A stretch of DNA of 64,000 nucleotides from positions 928,001 to 992,000 of the forward strand of contig CAVZJB010000016.1 in NCBI GenBank assembly GCA_963775425.1, in the 5' to 3' direction. This DNA comes from an uncultured delta proteobacterium (lineage in GTDB: Bacteria > Myxococcota > UBA727 > VGSZ01). Positions 1 to 8,703 of this stretch are shown here, piece by piece; position 1 is the stretch's first letter; each line of letters opens with the position of its first letter. The position numbers and the translations under genes are program-made. The notes under the pieces were generated by a model. That model was not told the DNA's origin and did not search any database. It worked only from the letters and a program-made list of their open reading frames with translations.

Positions 1-1634
1 CGCTCGATGAGCACACCGCGCACGCGCCCGCGCACGAATTCCGCGGCCTGGCGAATGACGGTGACGTCGTCCGCCTTGGGCAGCTTGCCCTGCATGCGGT
101 ACGCGGTCATCGCCGCCATCGCCAACTCGGGCAGCGGCACCCGCCACGCACGATCCATGAGCACGTGCGACACCGCGATGGCCGCGCGCCGCAACGCGAA
201 CGGGTCGGCGTTGCCCGTGGGCGCCCGGCCGATGCCGAGGATGCCGACCAGCGTGTCGACGCGGTCGGCGATGCCGACGAGCGCGCCCTCCACCGTGCTC
301 GGCAGCGCCGCCCCCGCGTGCCGGGGCGCGTAGTGCTCGTCGATGCCGCGGGCGACGTCGCGGTCCTCGCCGTCGCGCAGCGCGTAGGTGCGGCCCATGA
401 CGCCCTGCAGCTCGGGGAACTCGTTGACGACGCCGCTCGTGAGGTCGGCCTTGCACAACATCGCGGTGCGCCAGGGCGCCTTGGGATCCACGCCGATCCG
501 CTCGCAGATCTTGGCGGTGATCATCGCGATGCGGTCGGTCTTTTCGCGCAGCGTGCCGAGGTCGCGGTGGAAGACGACGTTCTTTTCGTCGTCGACGCGC
601 GACGCGAGCGTCCGCTCCAGATCGGTCTTGAAGTAGAAGGCGCCGTCCTCGAAGCGCGCGCGCAAGACGCGGGCGTTGCCGGCGGCGAGCGCGGCCTTGT
701 CGAGGCTGTCGCTCCCGGCGACGACGACGAAGGCAGGCAGCAGCTTGCCCTCACCGTCGACGACGGCGAAGTACTTCTGATGCTCACGCATCTCGGACAC
801 GAGCAGCTCGGCGGGCATCTCGAGGAACGCCGCGTCGAAGCGGCCGAGCACGGGGAACGGCTTCTCCACGAGGTTCTTCACGATCTCGAGGAGCTCGTCG
901 TCGCGCCGGAGCGCGCCGCCGGCGTGGCGGGCCAGCGCCTCGGCGCCCTCGACGATCATCTGCCGGCGCTCGTCGCGCGACAGCACCACCTGTCCGCGCT
1001 CGAGCGCGCGCCGGTATTCGCTCACGCTGCGCACCACCACCGCGGCGGGCGCGTGATACCGATGACCGCGCGTGGTGTCGCCGCTGACGACGTCGGCGAA
1101 GCGCACGGTGAGCGGCTTTTGGCCGTAGAGCGCGAGCAGCCACTGCACCGGGCGCGCGAAGACCTGCTTGTGCGTGGCGCGGGCGTCGCCCCACGACATG
1201 GTCTTCTTGAAGGGGATCTTGCCGATGAGCCCCTCGAGGAGCGCGGGCAGCACGTCCTCGGCGGGCGCGCCCCGCTCGCGCTTCTTGGCGCCGACGACGA
1301 CGCCCTTCTTGGACTCCTTGCGGAACACGTCCTCGCGCCGCAGGTTGTTCTTTCGGAGGAAGCCCTCACCCGCCTGCGTCGGCCGGTCCTCGCCGTCGAA
1401 GGCGATGTGCCACGCGGGTCCGGTGATCTCCTCCTCGAGGTCCGCCTGCATCTGCGCGACGTCGCCGACGATGACGCACAACCGGCGCGGCGTCCCCTCC
1501 GCGACGACGTTGCCGTGTGGCAGGCGAGCCGCCGTGAGCGCCTCGTCGACGGCGGCGCCGAAGAAAGCCAGCGCCGGATCGATGAAGCCCGCGGGGAGCT
1601 CCTCCGTGCCGATCTCGAAGAGCAGCTCAGGCAT
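1..1634 (-). CDS. glyS: Glycine--tRNA ligase beta subunit (3' end runs off the window)
   Basis: Read by hand from ATG at 1634 (absent from the ORF track because it has no stop in the window): [22 protein letters not shown]...TPRRL...MSWG...FARPVQW...[22 protein letters not shown], which are GlyS hallmarks; overlaps the glyQ stop. Confidence 0.96.
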   Translation of the reverse strand, partial: MPELLFEIGTEELPAGFIDPALAFFGAAVDEALTAARLPHGNVVAEGTPRRLCVIVGDVAQMQADLEEEITGPAWHIAFDGEDRPTQAGEGFLRKNNLRREDVFRKESKKGVVVGAKKRERGAPAEDVLPALLEGLIGKIPFKKTMSWGDARATHKQVFARPVQWLLALYGQKPLTVRFADVVSGDTTRGHRYHAPAAVVVRSVSEYRRALERGQVVLSRDERRQMIVEGAEALARHAGGALRRDDELLEIVKNLVEKPFPVLGRFDAAFLEMPAELLVSEMREHQKYFAVVDGEGKLLPAFVVVAGSDSLDKAALAAGNARVLRARFEDGAFYFKTDLERTLASRVDDEKNVVFHRDLGTLREKTDRIAMITAKICERIGVDPKAPWRTAMLCKADLTSGVVNEFPELQGVMGRTYALRDGEDRDVARGIDEHYAPRHAGAALPSTVEGALVGIADRVDTLVGILGIGRAPTGNADPFALRRAAIAVSHVLMDRAWRVPLPELAMAAMTAYRMQGKLPKADDVTVIRQAAEFVRGRVRGVLIE

Positions 1635-2838
1635 GCCCCACCTCCTTCGACGTGAGCGCCACCTCGCCCGACAGCGCCCCGGGGAGCGGGATGGCCTCGG
1701 CGGGCAACAGCGGCGCGAACAACGCGCGGTCCTCGGGCGAGAGCATCGGGAACCCGCGCTGCGCGCGGCTCGCCAGATATCCCTCGGCGCAGCCGCGCGC
1801 GAGGGTGCGGATGCGGCCGATGTACGCGGCGCGCTCCGTTTGGCTGACGACGCCACGCGCCTGGAGCACGTTGAACGTGTGCGAGCACTTGAGCACGTGC
1901 TCGTACGCGGGGAGCACGAGGCCTGCCTCGAGCAGCCGCTGCGCCTCCCCCTCGAATTGGCCGAACTGCTCGAGCAGCACGGCGACGTCGGCCTGCTTGA
2001 AGTTGTAGTGGGACCACTCCCACTCGTCCTGCTTGTGCACGTCGCCGTACGTGATCTTCTGGCCGCTCGGGAGCACGGCCCACACGAGGTCGTACATGTT
2101 CTCGACGTCCTGGAGGTACATCGCCAGCCGCTCGAGGCCGTACGTCAGCTCGCAAGAGACGCGCGGCAGCTCGATGCCGCCGCACTGCTGGAAGTACGTG
2201 AACTGCGTGACCTCCATGCCCTGCGCCCAGACCTCCCAGCCGAGGCCGGCGGCGCCGAGCGCCGGGTGCTCCCAGTCGTCCTCGACGAAGCGCACGTCGA
2301 ACGTGGCCGGGTCGATGCCGAGCGCGCGCAGCGAGTCGAGGTACTGCTCCTGCACGTCCTTGGGCGACGGCTTCAGGATGACCTGGAACTGGTAGTAGTG
2401 CTGGCTGCGGTTGGGGTTGTCGCCGTAGCGGCCGTCGGTGGGCCGGCGCGAGGGCTCGACGTACGCGACGTTCCACGGCTCGGGCCCGAGCACCCGCAGG
2501 AACGTGTGCTTGTTGAGCGTGCCCGCGCCCACCTCGACGGAGCTCGGCTGCACCACCAGGCATCCCCGGTCGGCCCAGAACCGCTGCAGGCGCAGGATGA
2601 CCTCCTGGAACGTGGACGCCTTCGGCCACGCCCTCGACGTCGACACGGTCATCACCGGCGGCAGCCCGTCGCCTATCCGCATCGTCCCGGCGCGCTTCTT
2701 CTTCGCCGGCGCCTTCCTCGCGGCCTTCTTCTTCGCGGGCTTCTTCTTCGCGGGCGCCTTCTTCGCGGGCGCCTTCTTCGCGGGCGCCTTCTTCGCGGGC
2801 GCCTTCTTCGCGGGCTTCTTCTTCGATCGCTTCGGCAC
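1627..2838 (-). CDS. glyQ: Glycine--tRNA ligase alpha subunit with Lys/Ala/Pro-rich N-terminal extension
   Basis: [13 protein letters not shown]...EVGAGT...[26 protein letters not shown]...[19 protein letters not shown]...ELTYGLERL. The GTG start lies 3 nt after the ridA stop, with AGAGG upstream. Confidence 0.96.
   Translation of the reverse strand: MPKRSKKKPAKKAPAKKAPAKKAPAKKAPAKKKPAKKKAARKAPAKKKRAGTMRIGDGLPPVMTVSTSRAWPKASTFQEVILRLQRFWADRGCLVVQPSSVEVGAGTLNKHTFLRVLGPEPWNVAYVEPSRRPTDGRYGDNPNRSQHYYQFQVILKPSPKDVQEQYLDSLRALGIDPATFDVRFVEDDWEHPALGAAGLGWEVWAQGMEVTQFTYFQQCGGIELPRVSCELTYGLERLAMYLQDVENMYDLVWAVLPSGQKITYGDVHKQDEWEWSHYNFKQADVAVLLEQFGQFEGEAQRLLEAGLVLPAYEHVLKCSHTFNVLQARGVVSQTERAAYIGRIRTLARGCAEGYLASRAQRGFPMLSPEDRALFAPLLPAEAIPLPGALSGEVALTSKEVGHA
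2695..2826 (-). repeat. 15-bp coding tandem repeat (PAKKA) in the glyQ 5' extension
   Basis: Repeated cttcttcgcgggcgc units on the + strand, encoding [16 protein letters not shown]... Confidence 0.9.
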
Positions 2839-2841
2839 CGG

Positions 2842-3228
2842 TTACCTCTTGGCGGCGATGACTTCGACCTCGACCTTCACGTCGCGCGGCAGGCGGGCGG
2901 CCTGCACCGTCGAGCGCGCCGGCGGATCGGAGGTGAAGCGCTTTCCGTAGATCTCGTTCACCTTCTGGAAGTCGCCCATGTCCGCCAGGAAGATCGTGGT
3001 CTTGACGATGTCGGCGAAGCTGCAGCCGGCGGCGGCGAGCACCGCCTCGACGTTGTCGAGCACGCGCGCGGTCTGCGCCTCGACGCCGCCCTCGACGATG
3101 GCGCCGCTTTGGGGGTCGAGCGCGATCTGCCCGGAGCAGAACACGAGCTCCCGGGGGGCGACCGCGATGGCCTGGGAGTAGGGGCCGATGGCCTTCGGTG
3201 CCTTGTCCGTCGAGATGACGCGCTTCAT
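2842..3228 (-). CDS. ridA: RidA/YjgF/UK114 family enamine-imine deaminase
   Basis: MKRVISTDKAPKAIGPYSQAI...CSGQIALDP...VKTTIFLADMGDF..VNEIY...PARSTVQAARLP..VKVEVEVIA; ATG at 3228 with GGAGG upstream. Confidence 0.93.
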   Translation of the reverse strand: MKRVISTDKAPKAIGPYSQAIAVAPRELVFCSGQIALDPQSGAIVEGGVEAQTARVLDNVEAVLAAAGCSFADIVKTTIFLADMGDFQKVNEIYGKRFTSDPPARSTVQAARLPRDVKVEVEVIAAKR

Positions 3229-3230
3229 CA

Positions 3231-3258
3231 AAGAGCCCTCCGGTGAAGGAGGGCTCTT
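3231..3258 (-). promoter_or_regulatory. Perfect 11-bp hairpin that buries the ridA Shine-Dalgarno sequence
   Basis: The minus strand reads AAGAGCCCTCC-TTCACC-GGAGGGCTCTT-TG-ATG. Confidence 0.55.
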
Positions 3259-3295
3259 CGTCGAAAATGCCCCGTGGGGCAACACCGTCGACTCA

Positions 3296-4043
3296 AAAGG
3301 GCGACGAGCAATGTGATCCATCGGCAACGCGCACGGGACCGGCGCCGGGAGGAGCCGCACCGTCGATGCGGCGCGTTCGCGCCCGGGCCCGCGTTGAGCC
3401 GGGCAGTCCATTCGCGACGTCGGCGACGTCGACGACCCTGCGGGGCTTGACGTCGGCTGCGTCGACGCCCCGTAGGGCGGGGGCTTGTCCCCCGCGTCGG
3501 AAGGCACGCGGACGTGCCGGTGCCTCCGACGCGCCCCACAAGGGGGGCCCTACGCCTCGATGCCGTGCGTGCCGTGTCGACGTGTGCGGCGACGACGGCG
3601 CCGGCCGTCGCCCCGACGCGACAACGGCAGGGCAAGACGTCGTCGTCAGCGACGAACGCCCTGCCGCCGTGAATGTCGTGACGCCGCTGAGCGCAAAGGG
3701 CGACGAGCAATGTGATCCATCGGCAACGCGCACCGGACTGCCGGCTCGGACGCGAGGGGCGGCGGGCGGCGCCGGGAGGAGCCGCACCGTCGATGCGGCG
3801 CGTTCGCGCCCGGGCCCTTGTTCACCCGCGAATCCCGCGGAGAGGGCGCGGACGTGCCGTGTCGACGCGTGCGGCGACGACGGCGACGACCGTCGCCCCG
3901 ATGCGAGAAAGGCGCCGAAGGCGCGCGGCGTAGACATTCGCGGCGGGGCACGACGTCATCGTCAGCGCACACGTCGTCCCGCCGAGAATGTCGTCACGCC
4001 GCTAAGCTCGTCACGCCGCTAAGCTCGTGACGCCGCTGAGCGC
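3296..4043. repeat. Degenerate ~400-bp tandem duplication, apparently non-coding
   Basis: Identical 39-mer at 3296-3334 and 3695-3733; identical 50-mer at 3341-3390 and 3768-3817; near-identical blocks at ~3570-3621 and ~3854-3906; a 17-mer at 3676-3692 expanded to three copies at 3991-4041. Confidence 0.85.
3472..3553. repeat. GTAG-type REP doublet (REPIN-like), inverted orientation
   Basis: The + strand reads GTAGGGCGGGGGCTTGTCCCCCGCGTCGGAAGGCAC from 3472; the - strand reads GTAGGGCCCCCCTTGTGGGGCGCGTCGGAGGCAC from 3553. Confidence 0.7.
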
Positions 4044-4208
4044 AGCCTCGCGGCGGTTGTCCGCGCGCCGCAGCAATCCCCGGCGTTCCACCGTTCCACC
4101 CCGAACCGCTGCCGGCGCTGTCCGCAGCGTCAAGACGCGCCCGCCCCGTGGCACGCAGCTTGAGTCTCTGCGCCGCACGCTACGCAACCCCGAACCAGCG
4201 AGCACCGC

Positions 4209-4809
4209 CGTGACCAGCACCGTCGCCACCCGTCGTCACCCGGCCCCCACCGCCGCCACGCCCGAAGCGCACGACACGCGCATGACCATGGCCGACGGCT
4301 CCGTCGGCGGCGTCGAAGAGATGTCCTTCGGCGATCCCGCCTCGTACGCGCGTTGGCGGTGCGCCCCCATCACCCCGCCGGCGTCGCCCCCCCTCATCGA
4401 CGACAAGAAGGCCGCCGATCCCGACGGCGCCCGCGCGGAGAATGAGCGCCGGGTCGCCGCGTACTTCAAAAAGTACGGCGCGTACGCCGAGCGGTTCGGC
4501 GACGCCGCGCGCGACCCTTTGGTGAGCGACGACACCCTGCGGAGCTGCCCGCCGCTCGCGCGGCCCGCCGCGGCTGCGTCGCTGCCCGAGGACGAGCGTG
4601 CACACTACGAGACCATGGCCCCGGCCTCGGTCATGCGGAAATACCGCGAGGCCGGCGACGCGCTCGGCGACCGCACTCTCGACGCGCAGCTCGCGTCCAC
4701 CGGGTACGTCAAGGCCGCGCTCACCGGCCCGGGCTTCTACGGGTCGTCGACGGCGGAGCGCGACGACCCCTCACAGATCGCGGCGCGCCGCGTGGGCGGA
4801 GGCCGCTGA
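4209..4809 (+). CDS. Hypothetical protein (start uncertain: GTG 4209 or ATG 4281)
   Basis: Open frame with G/C-ending codons (...RVAAYFKKYGAYAERFGDAARDP...); no recognisable motif. Confidence 0.55.
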
Positions 4810-4942
4810 ACGAGATCCGGGGCCGCCGCCCTTCTTGGCGGTGGGGCGGCGGCCGGATGCGTGGTGGTTGGAACGAGGCCCTCCGGGTGTCCCGCGGACA
4901 AACGCGGGCGCCCGGGGGGCCCCGGGCCCATCGCGGGGCTGC

Positions 4943-7133
4943 TCAGCCGTCCTGGGAGCGGGCGCGCTCCACCGCGTGGACGCCCTTGACGCCCTCGAGC
5001 GCCTTCACGATCTTTCGGAGCTGCTCGAGGTCGATGATGCCGCACTTGAAGGTGTTCACGGCCTGGCCCTCGCGGAGCACCTTGCAGTTGGCCTCGCTGA
5101 TGTTGACGCTGTTCTTGGAGAACACGCCGGAGAGATCGGCGAGCATGCCCTCGCGGTCGTCGGTGACGACGCGCAGGGAGATGGGCCGCGCGAAGGTGGT
5201 GGCCGAGTCCCACGACACCTGGATGCGGCGCTCCGGGTCGAGCTCGAGGACCTTGGGGCAGTCCTTGCGGTGAACCGTGAGGCCGCGGCCGCGGGTGACG
5301 AAGCCGACGATGGGGTCGCCCTTCACCGGGGAGCAGCAGCGCGCGTAGTGCACGAGCATGTCCTCGATGCCTTCGATCTTCACGCCGCTGGCGTTCCTGC
5401 GCGCGACACGGTCGATGAGCTCGGAGAGGCGCGACTTGCGCGGCGCCGGCTCCGGCGGCTTGCTGCGCACCTCCTCGGGGAGCACACGCTCGACGACGAG
5501 CTGCGGCGCGAGCTTGCCGTAGCCGACGGCGACGAGGAGGTCCTCGAGGTCGCGGTACTTCTCGCTCTTGAACAGGTCGAGGAGCTTGTCGTTCAGGTGC
5601 TTTTGAACGCTGGCCCCGAACCGCCGCAGCTCGCGCTCGAGGAGCTCGCGGCCGATGGCCACGGCGCGATCGCGCTCCGCCGCCCGCAGGTGCGCGCGGA
5701 TCTTGGTCTTGGCCCGCGACGTCTTGACGAACTCGATCCAGTCCTTGTTCGGGCGCTGCGACTTGCTCGTGATGATCTCGCAGGTGTCGCCGTTCCTGAG
5801 CGCGTAGCGGAGGGGGACGATGCGCCCGTTCACCTTGGCCCCGGCGCAGTGCATGCCGACGTCGCTGTGGATGGCGAAGGCGAAGTCCACGGGAGAGCTG
5901 CCACGCGGCAGCTCGATGACGTGGCCCTTGGGCGTGAAGATGTAGACCTCGTCGGCGAAGAGGTCGAACTTCACGGAGTCGAGGAACTCGGTGGGGTCCT
6001 TGAGATCGCGCTGCCAGTCCATGAGCTGGCGCAGCCACTGAAAGCCGCCCTCGCCCGAGATCTTCACCGGCAGCGACGCGCCCGTCTCCTTGTACTTCCA
6101 GTGCGCCGCGATGCCTTCCTCGGCGATCTGCTGCATCTCTTCCGTGCGGATCTGGATCTCGATGCGCTCGGCCTTGGGCCCGATGACGGTGGTGTGCAGC
6201 GACTTGTAGCCGTTGGGCTTCGGCATCGCGATGTAGTCCTTGAAGCGCCCGGGGATGGGGCGCCAAAGACCGTGGATGTGCCCGAGGGACTCGTAGCACT
6301 GGCCGACGTTGTCGACGATGACGCGGAACGCGATGAGGTCGTAGACCTCCTCGAAGGGGATGTTCTTGGCCGCCATCTTCTTGTGGATGCTCCACAAGTG
6401 CTTGGGGCGGCCGCTGACCTCGAAGCCGGAGAGGCCCGCCTTGGTGAGGACGTCGCTGATCTCACCGGTGACGTCGTCGATGAAGCGCTGGCGGTCTTTC
6501 TTGGTGCGGCCGAGCTTCTCGCTGAGCTCTTCGTACTCCCGCGGGTGCATGTACTTGAAGCTCAGGTCCTCGAGCTCGAATCTTGATCCATGAGATGCCG
6601 AGCCGGTTCGCGAGCGGCGCGTAGATCTCCATGGTCTCGCGCGCGATGGCTTCCTGGCGGTCGGGCTTCATGTGCTCGAGCGTCCGCATGTTGTGGAGGC
6701 GGTCCGCCAACTTCACGAGGAGCACGCGGATGTCCCGCGCCATGGCGACGAGCATCTTGCGGAAGTTCTCTGCGAGCTTCTCCTCGGCGTTGTTGAACTT
6801 GACCTGGCCGAGCTTGGTGACGCCGTCGACGATGCCGGCGATGTCCTTGCCGAACAGCTCCTCGATCTCTTCGATGGTTGCGAGCGTGTCCTCGACGGTG
6901 TCGTGCAGGAGGCCGGCGACGACGCTGGCCTCGTCGAGCTTGAGCTGCGCGAGGACGCCGGCGACGGCGAGCGGGTGGATCAAGTACGGCTCGCCGGTCT
7001 TTCGCACCTGCCCGGCGTGCACCTTGGCGCAGTAGACGTATGCCTTCTTGATGAGGTCGACGTCCGCCCGCGGGTGATAGCTGGTCACCGCGTCAAGGAT
7101 GTCGTTCAGGCGCAATGTCTGCGGAGCGTTCAC
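4943..7133 (-). CDS. relA: Long RSH bifunctional (p)ppGpp synthetase/hydrolase (Rel), split by a +1 frameshift at ~6579
   Basis: The N-terminal frame (from 7133) has HAGQVRKTGEPY, LLHDTVED, KLADRLHNMRTL, YAPLANRLG. The C-terminal frame has ELEDLSFKY, GRPKHLWSI..K, DLIAFR, YKSLHT, EIQIRT, AAHWKYK, TGS (FTPKG), CCSPVKGD and ACT. Confidence 0.93.
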
Positions 7134-7238
7134 GGGTCGAGGGATCCTCGTCTCAGTGTAACGCGACGCACCATCGGCTGCGCACTTCCTTACGCACTTT
7201 CCGGATCAGCGACCCGCGGCATGACGCCGCGCGTCCGG

Positions 7239-8102
7239 TCACTCGCCCTCGCCCTCGCCCTCGCCCTCGCCCTCGCCCTCGCCCTCGCCCTCGCCGGCGC
7301 CGCACTGGTCGGCCGGGACGTAGACGCCGCCGTCGGCGCCGCCGAAGCCCGCGCAGCTCCAGTCGAAGGGGCCGCCGTCCACCTCACGGCAGGAGGCCAC
7401 GTCGATGGCCTCGGCGGGGTCGCAGTCGAGCAGGCACAGGGGCTTTTCCTGGTCGGCACAGGGGCCGCCGTCGACCGGGCCGCCGTCGCCGGGGCCCCCG
7501 TCGACCGGCCCGCCGTCGACAGGGCCGCCGTCGACGCAGTCGTCCTGCGGGAGCGCGCCGGCCTCGTCGCAGGCGAAGGCGTGGTCGACGCACTCGGCCA
7601 GGAACGCCTGCGCGTCGCTGCAGTCGTTGACGCACAGGAAGCTGGTTTGGTTGTCGCAGTCGCCGGTGAGGCAGCCCGTGACGCCGGGCTGGATGCAGGA
7701 GAGCACTCCGTTCACGCACTGAAAGCCCGTGGGGATGACGTCGGGGCAAGCCGGGCCGGCGTCGAGGTCGCAGGTGCTCGGCAGCACGCCGTCCTGGCAG
7801 GTGTCGACGCCGTCGACGCAGACCGCGTTGCCCGTGAACGTGGGGTCGTCGCAGGAGCGGCGGCAGGCGGGGGGGAAGGCAGAGCAGATCACCGTGGCGT
7901 TGCAGGACGGCGGATCGTCGACCGCCCCGGGCTGGGCGCACTGGCCGCAGCTACACACGAGGCCGTCGTCGCACTCGAGGTCGGTGCCGCAGAAGGTGCC
8001 TTCTCCCGCGCCCGCGGCGGGCGGCGGTGCGCTCTTGCACGTCGCCACCACGACGAGGAGCGTGAAGACACCCGCAATCCCGACGAGGGCACCCTTGTGC
8101 AT
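7239..8102 (-). CDS. Secreted or lipid-anchored Cys-rich protein with DGGP repeats and a (GE)n tail
   Basis: Hydrophobic N-terminus ending VVATC; many Cys; DGGPV repeats; C-terminal GEGEGEGE. Confidence 0.75.
   Translation of the reverse strand: MHKGALVGIAGVFTLLVVVATCKSAPPPAAGAGEGTFCGTDLECDDGLVCSCGQCAQPGAVDDPPSCNATVICSAFPPACRRSCDDPTFTGNAVCVDGVDTCQDGVLPSTCDLDAGPACPDVIPTGFQCVNGVLSCIQPGVTGCLTGDCDNQTSFLCVNDCSDAQAFLAECVDHAFACDEAGALPQDDCVDGGPVDGGPVDGGPGDGGPVDGGPCADQEKPLCLLDCDPAEAIDVASCREVDGGPFDWSCAGFGGADGGVYVPADQCGAGEGEGEGEGEGEGEGEGE
7240..7293. repeat. 6-bp tandem repeat (ctcgcc)n encoding the Gly-Glu tail
   Basis: Directly visible in the sequence. Confidence 0.9.
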
Positions 8103-8193
8103 GGCCACTGTGTAACACGGCCTGTCGCCGTCGTCGCGCGGGGTTCCTACCCCTTCAGGACGACCTCATTGTCGCCGTCTGCTTGGAGGGAAC

Positions 8194-8700
8194 ATGAATC
8201 GCGAAACCGCCAGGGCGCTGAAAGAAGGCATCGGGTACGGCGTGGTCGCAGGCATCATCTTCGGCGTCGCCGTGATGATCGTCGCGGTCACCATGAACGA
8301 ATCGATGTGGTCTCCGCTGCGCCTGATGGCCAGCGTCGTCATGGGAAAGGACGCGCTCACCGACGTGAGCGGCGCCCCCGTGGTCACGGGCATCATCGTG
8401 CATCTGATCCTGTCCGGCGTGTTCGGCGGGATCTACGGGCTGTTCGACGCCGCGCTGTCCCGCGAGCTCCGCGCGAGCTTCGCGTGGCAGGCAGGCCTCG
8501 GCCTGGTGTTCGGCGTCGCCCTGTGGCTCGTCGACTTCCAGATCATCGCGCGCGTCATCTACCCGTGGTTCCTGAGCTCGCAGCAGATGACCATGGCGTT
8601 GCTGCACGCGGTGTTCTTCGGGCTGCCGCTCGGGCTGATGATCGCGGGCGCGGAGCGCATGGCGGTGGCACAGCCGCGGCCGACGCCGAAGCACGCGTGA
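8194..8700 (+). CDS. Small four-TM membrane protein of unknown function
   Basis: GGAGGG ribosome-binding site; four hydrophobic segments; His within TM segments (IVHLILS, LLHAVFFG). Confidence 0.8.
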   Translation: MNRETARALKEGIGYGVVAGIIFGVAVMIVAVTMNESMWSPLRLMASVVMGKDALTDVSGAPVVTGIIVHLILSGVFGGIYGLFDAALSRELRASFAWQAGLGLVFGVALWLVDFQIIARVIYPWFLSSQQMTMALLHAVFFGLPLGLMIAGAERMAVAQPRPTPKHA

Positions 8701-8703
8701 CGG

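Noticed and set aside
2842-3507. 221-aa extended RidA from the ORF track
   Set aside because: The extension runs through the non-coding repeat; ATG 3228 has a ribosome-binding site and gives the normal family length.
3296-4043. Possible CRISPR array
   Set aside because: There are only two copies ~400 bp apart, no regular unique spacers and no cas genes.
4079-4103. Minus-strand GGGTGGAACGGTGGAACGCCGGG resembling a T-box upstream of glyQS
   Set aside because: It lacks the UGGNACC bulge consensus, I see no stem I or terminator, and it lies ~850 bp from ridA.
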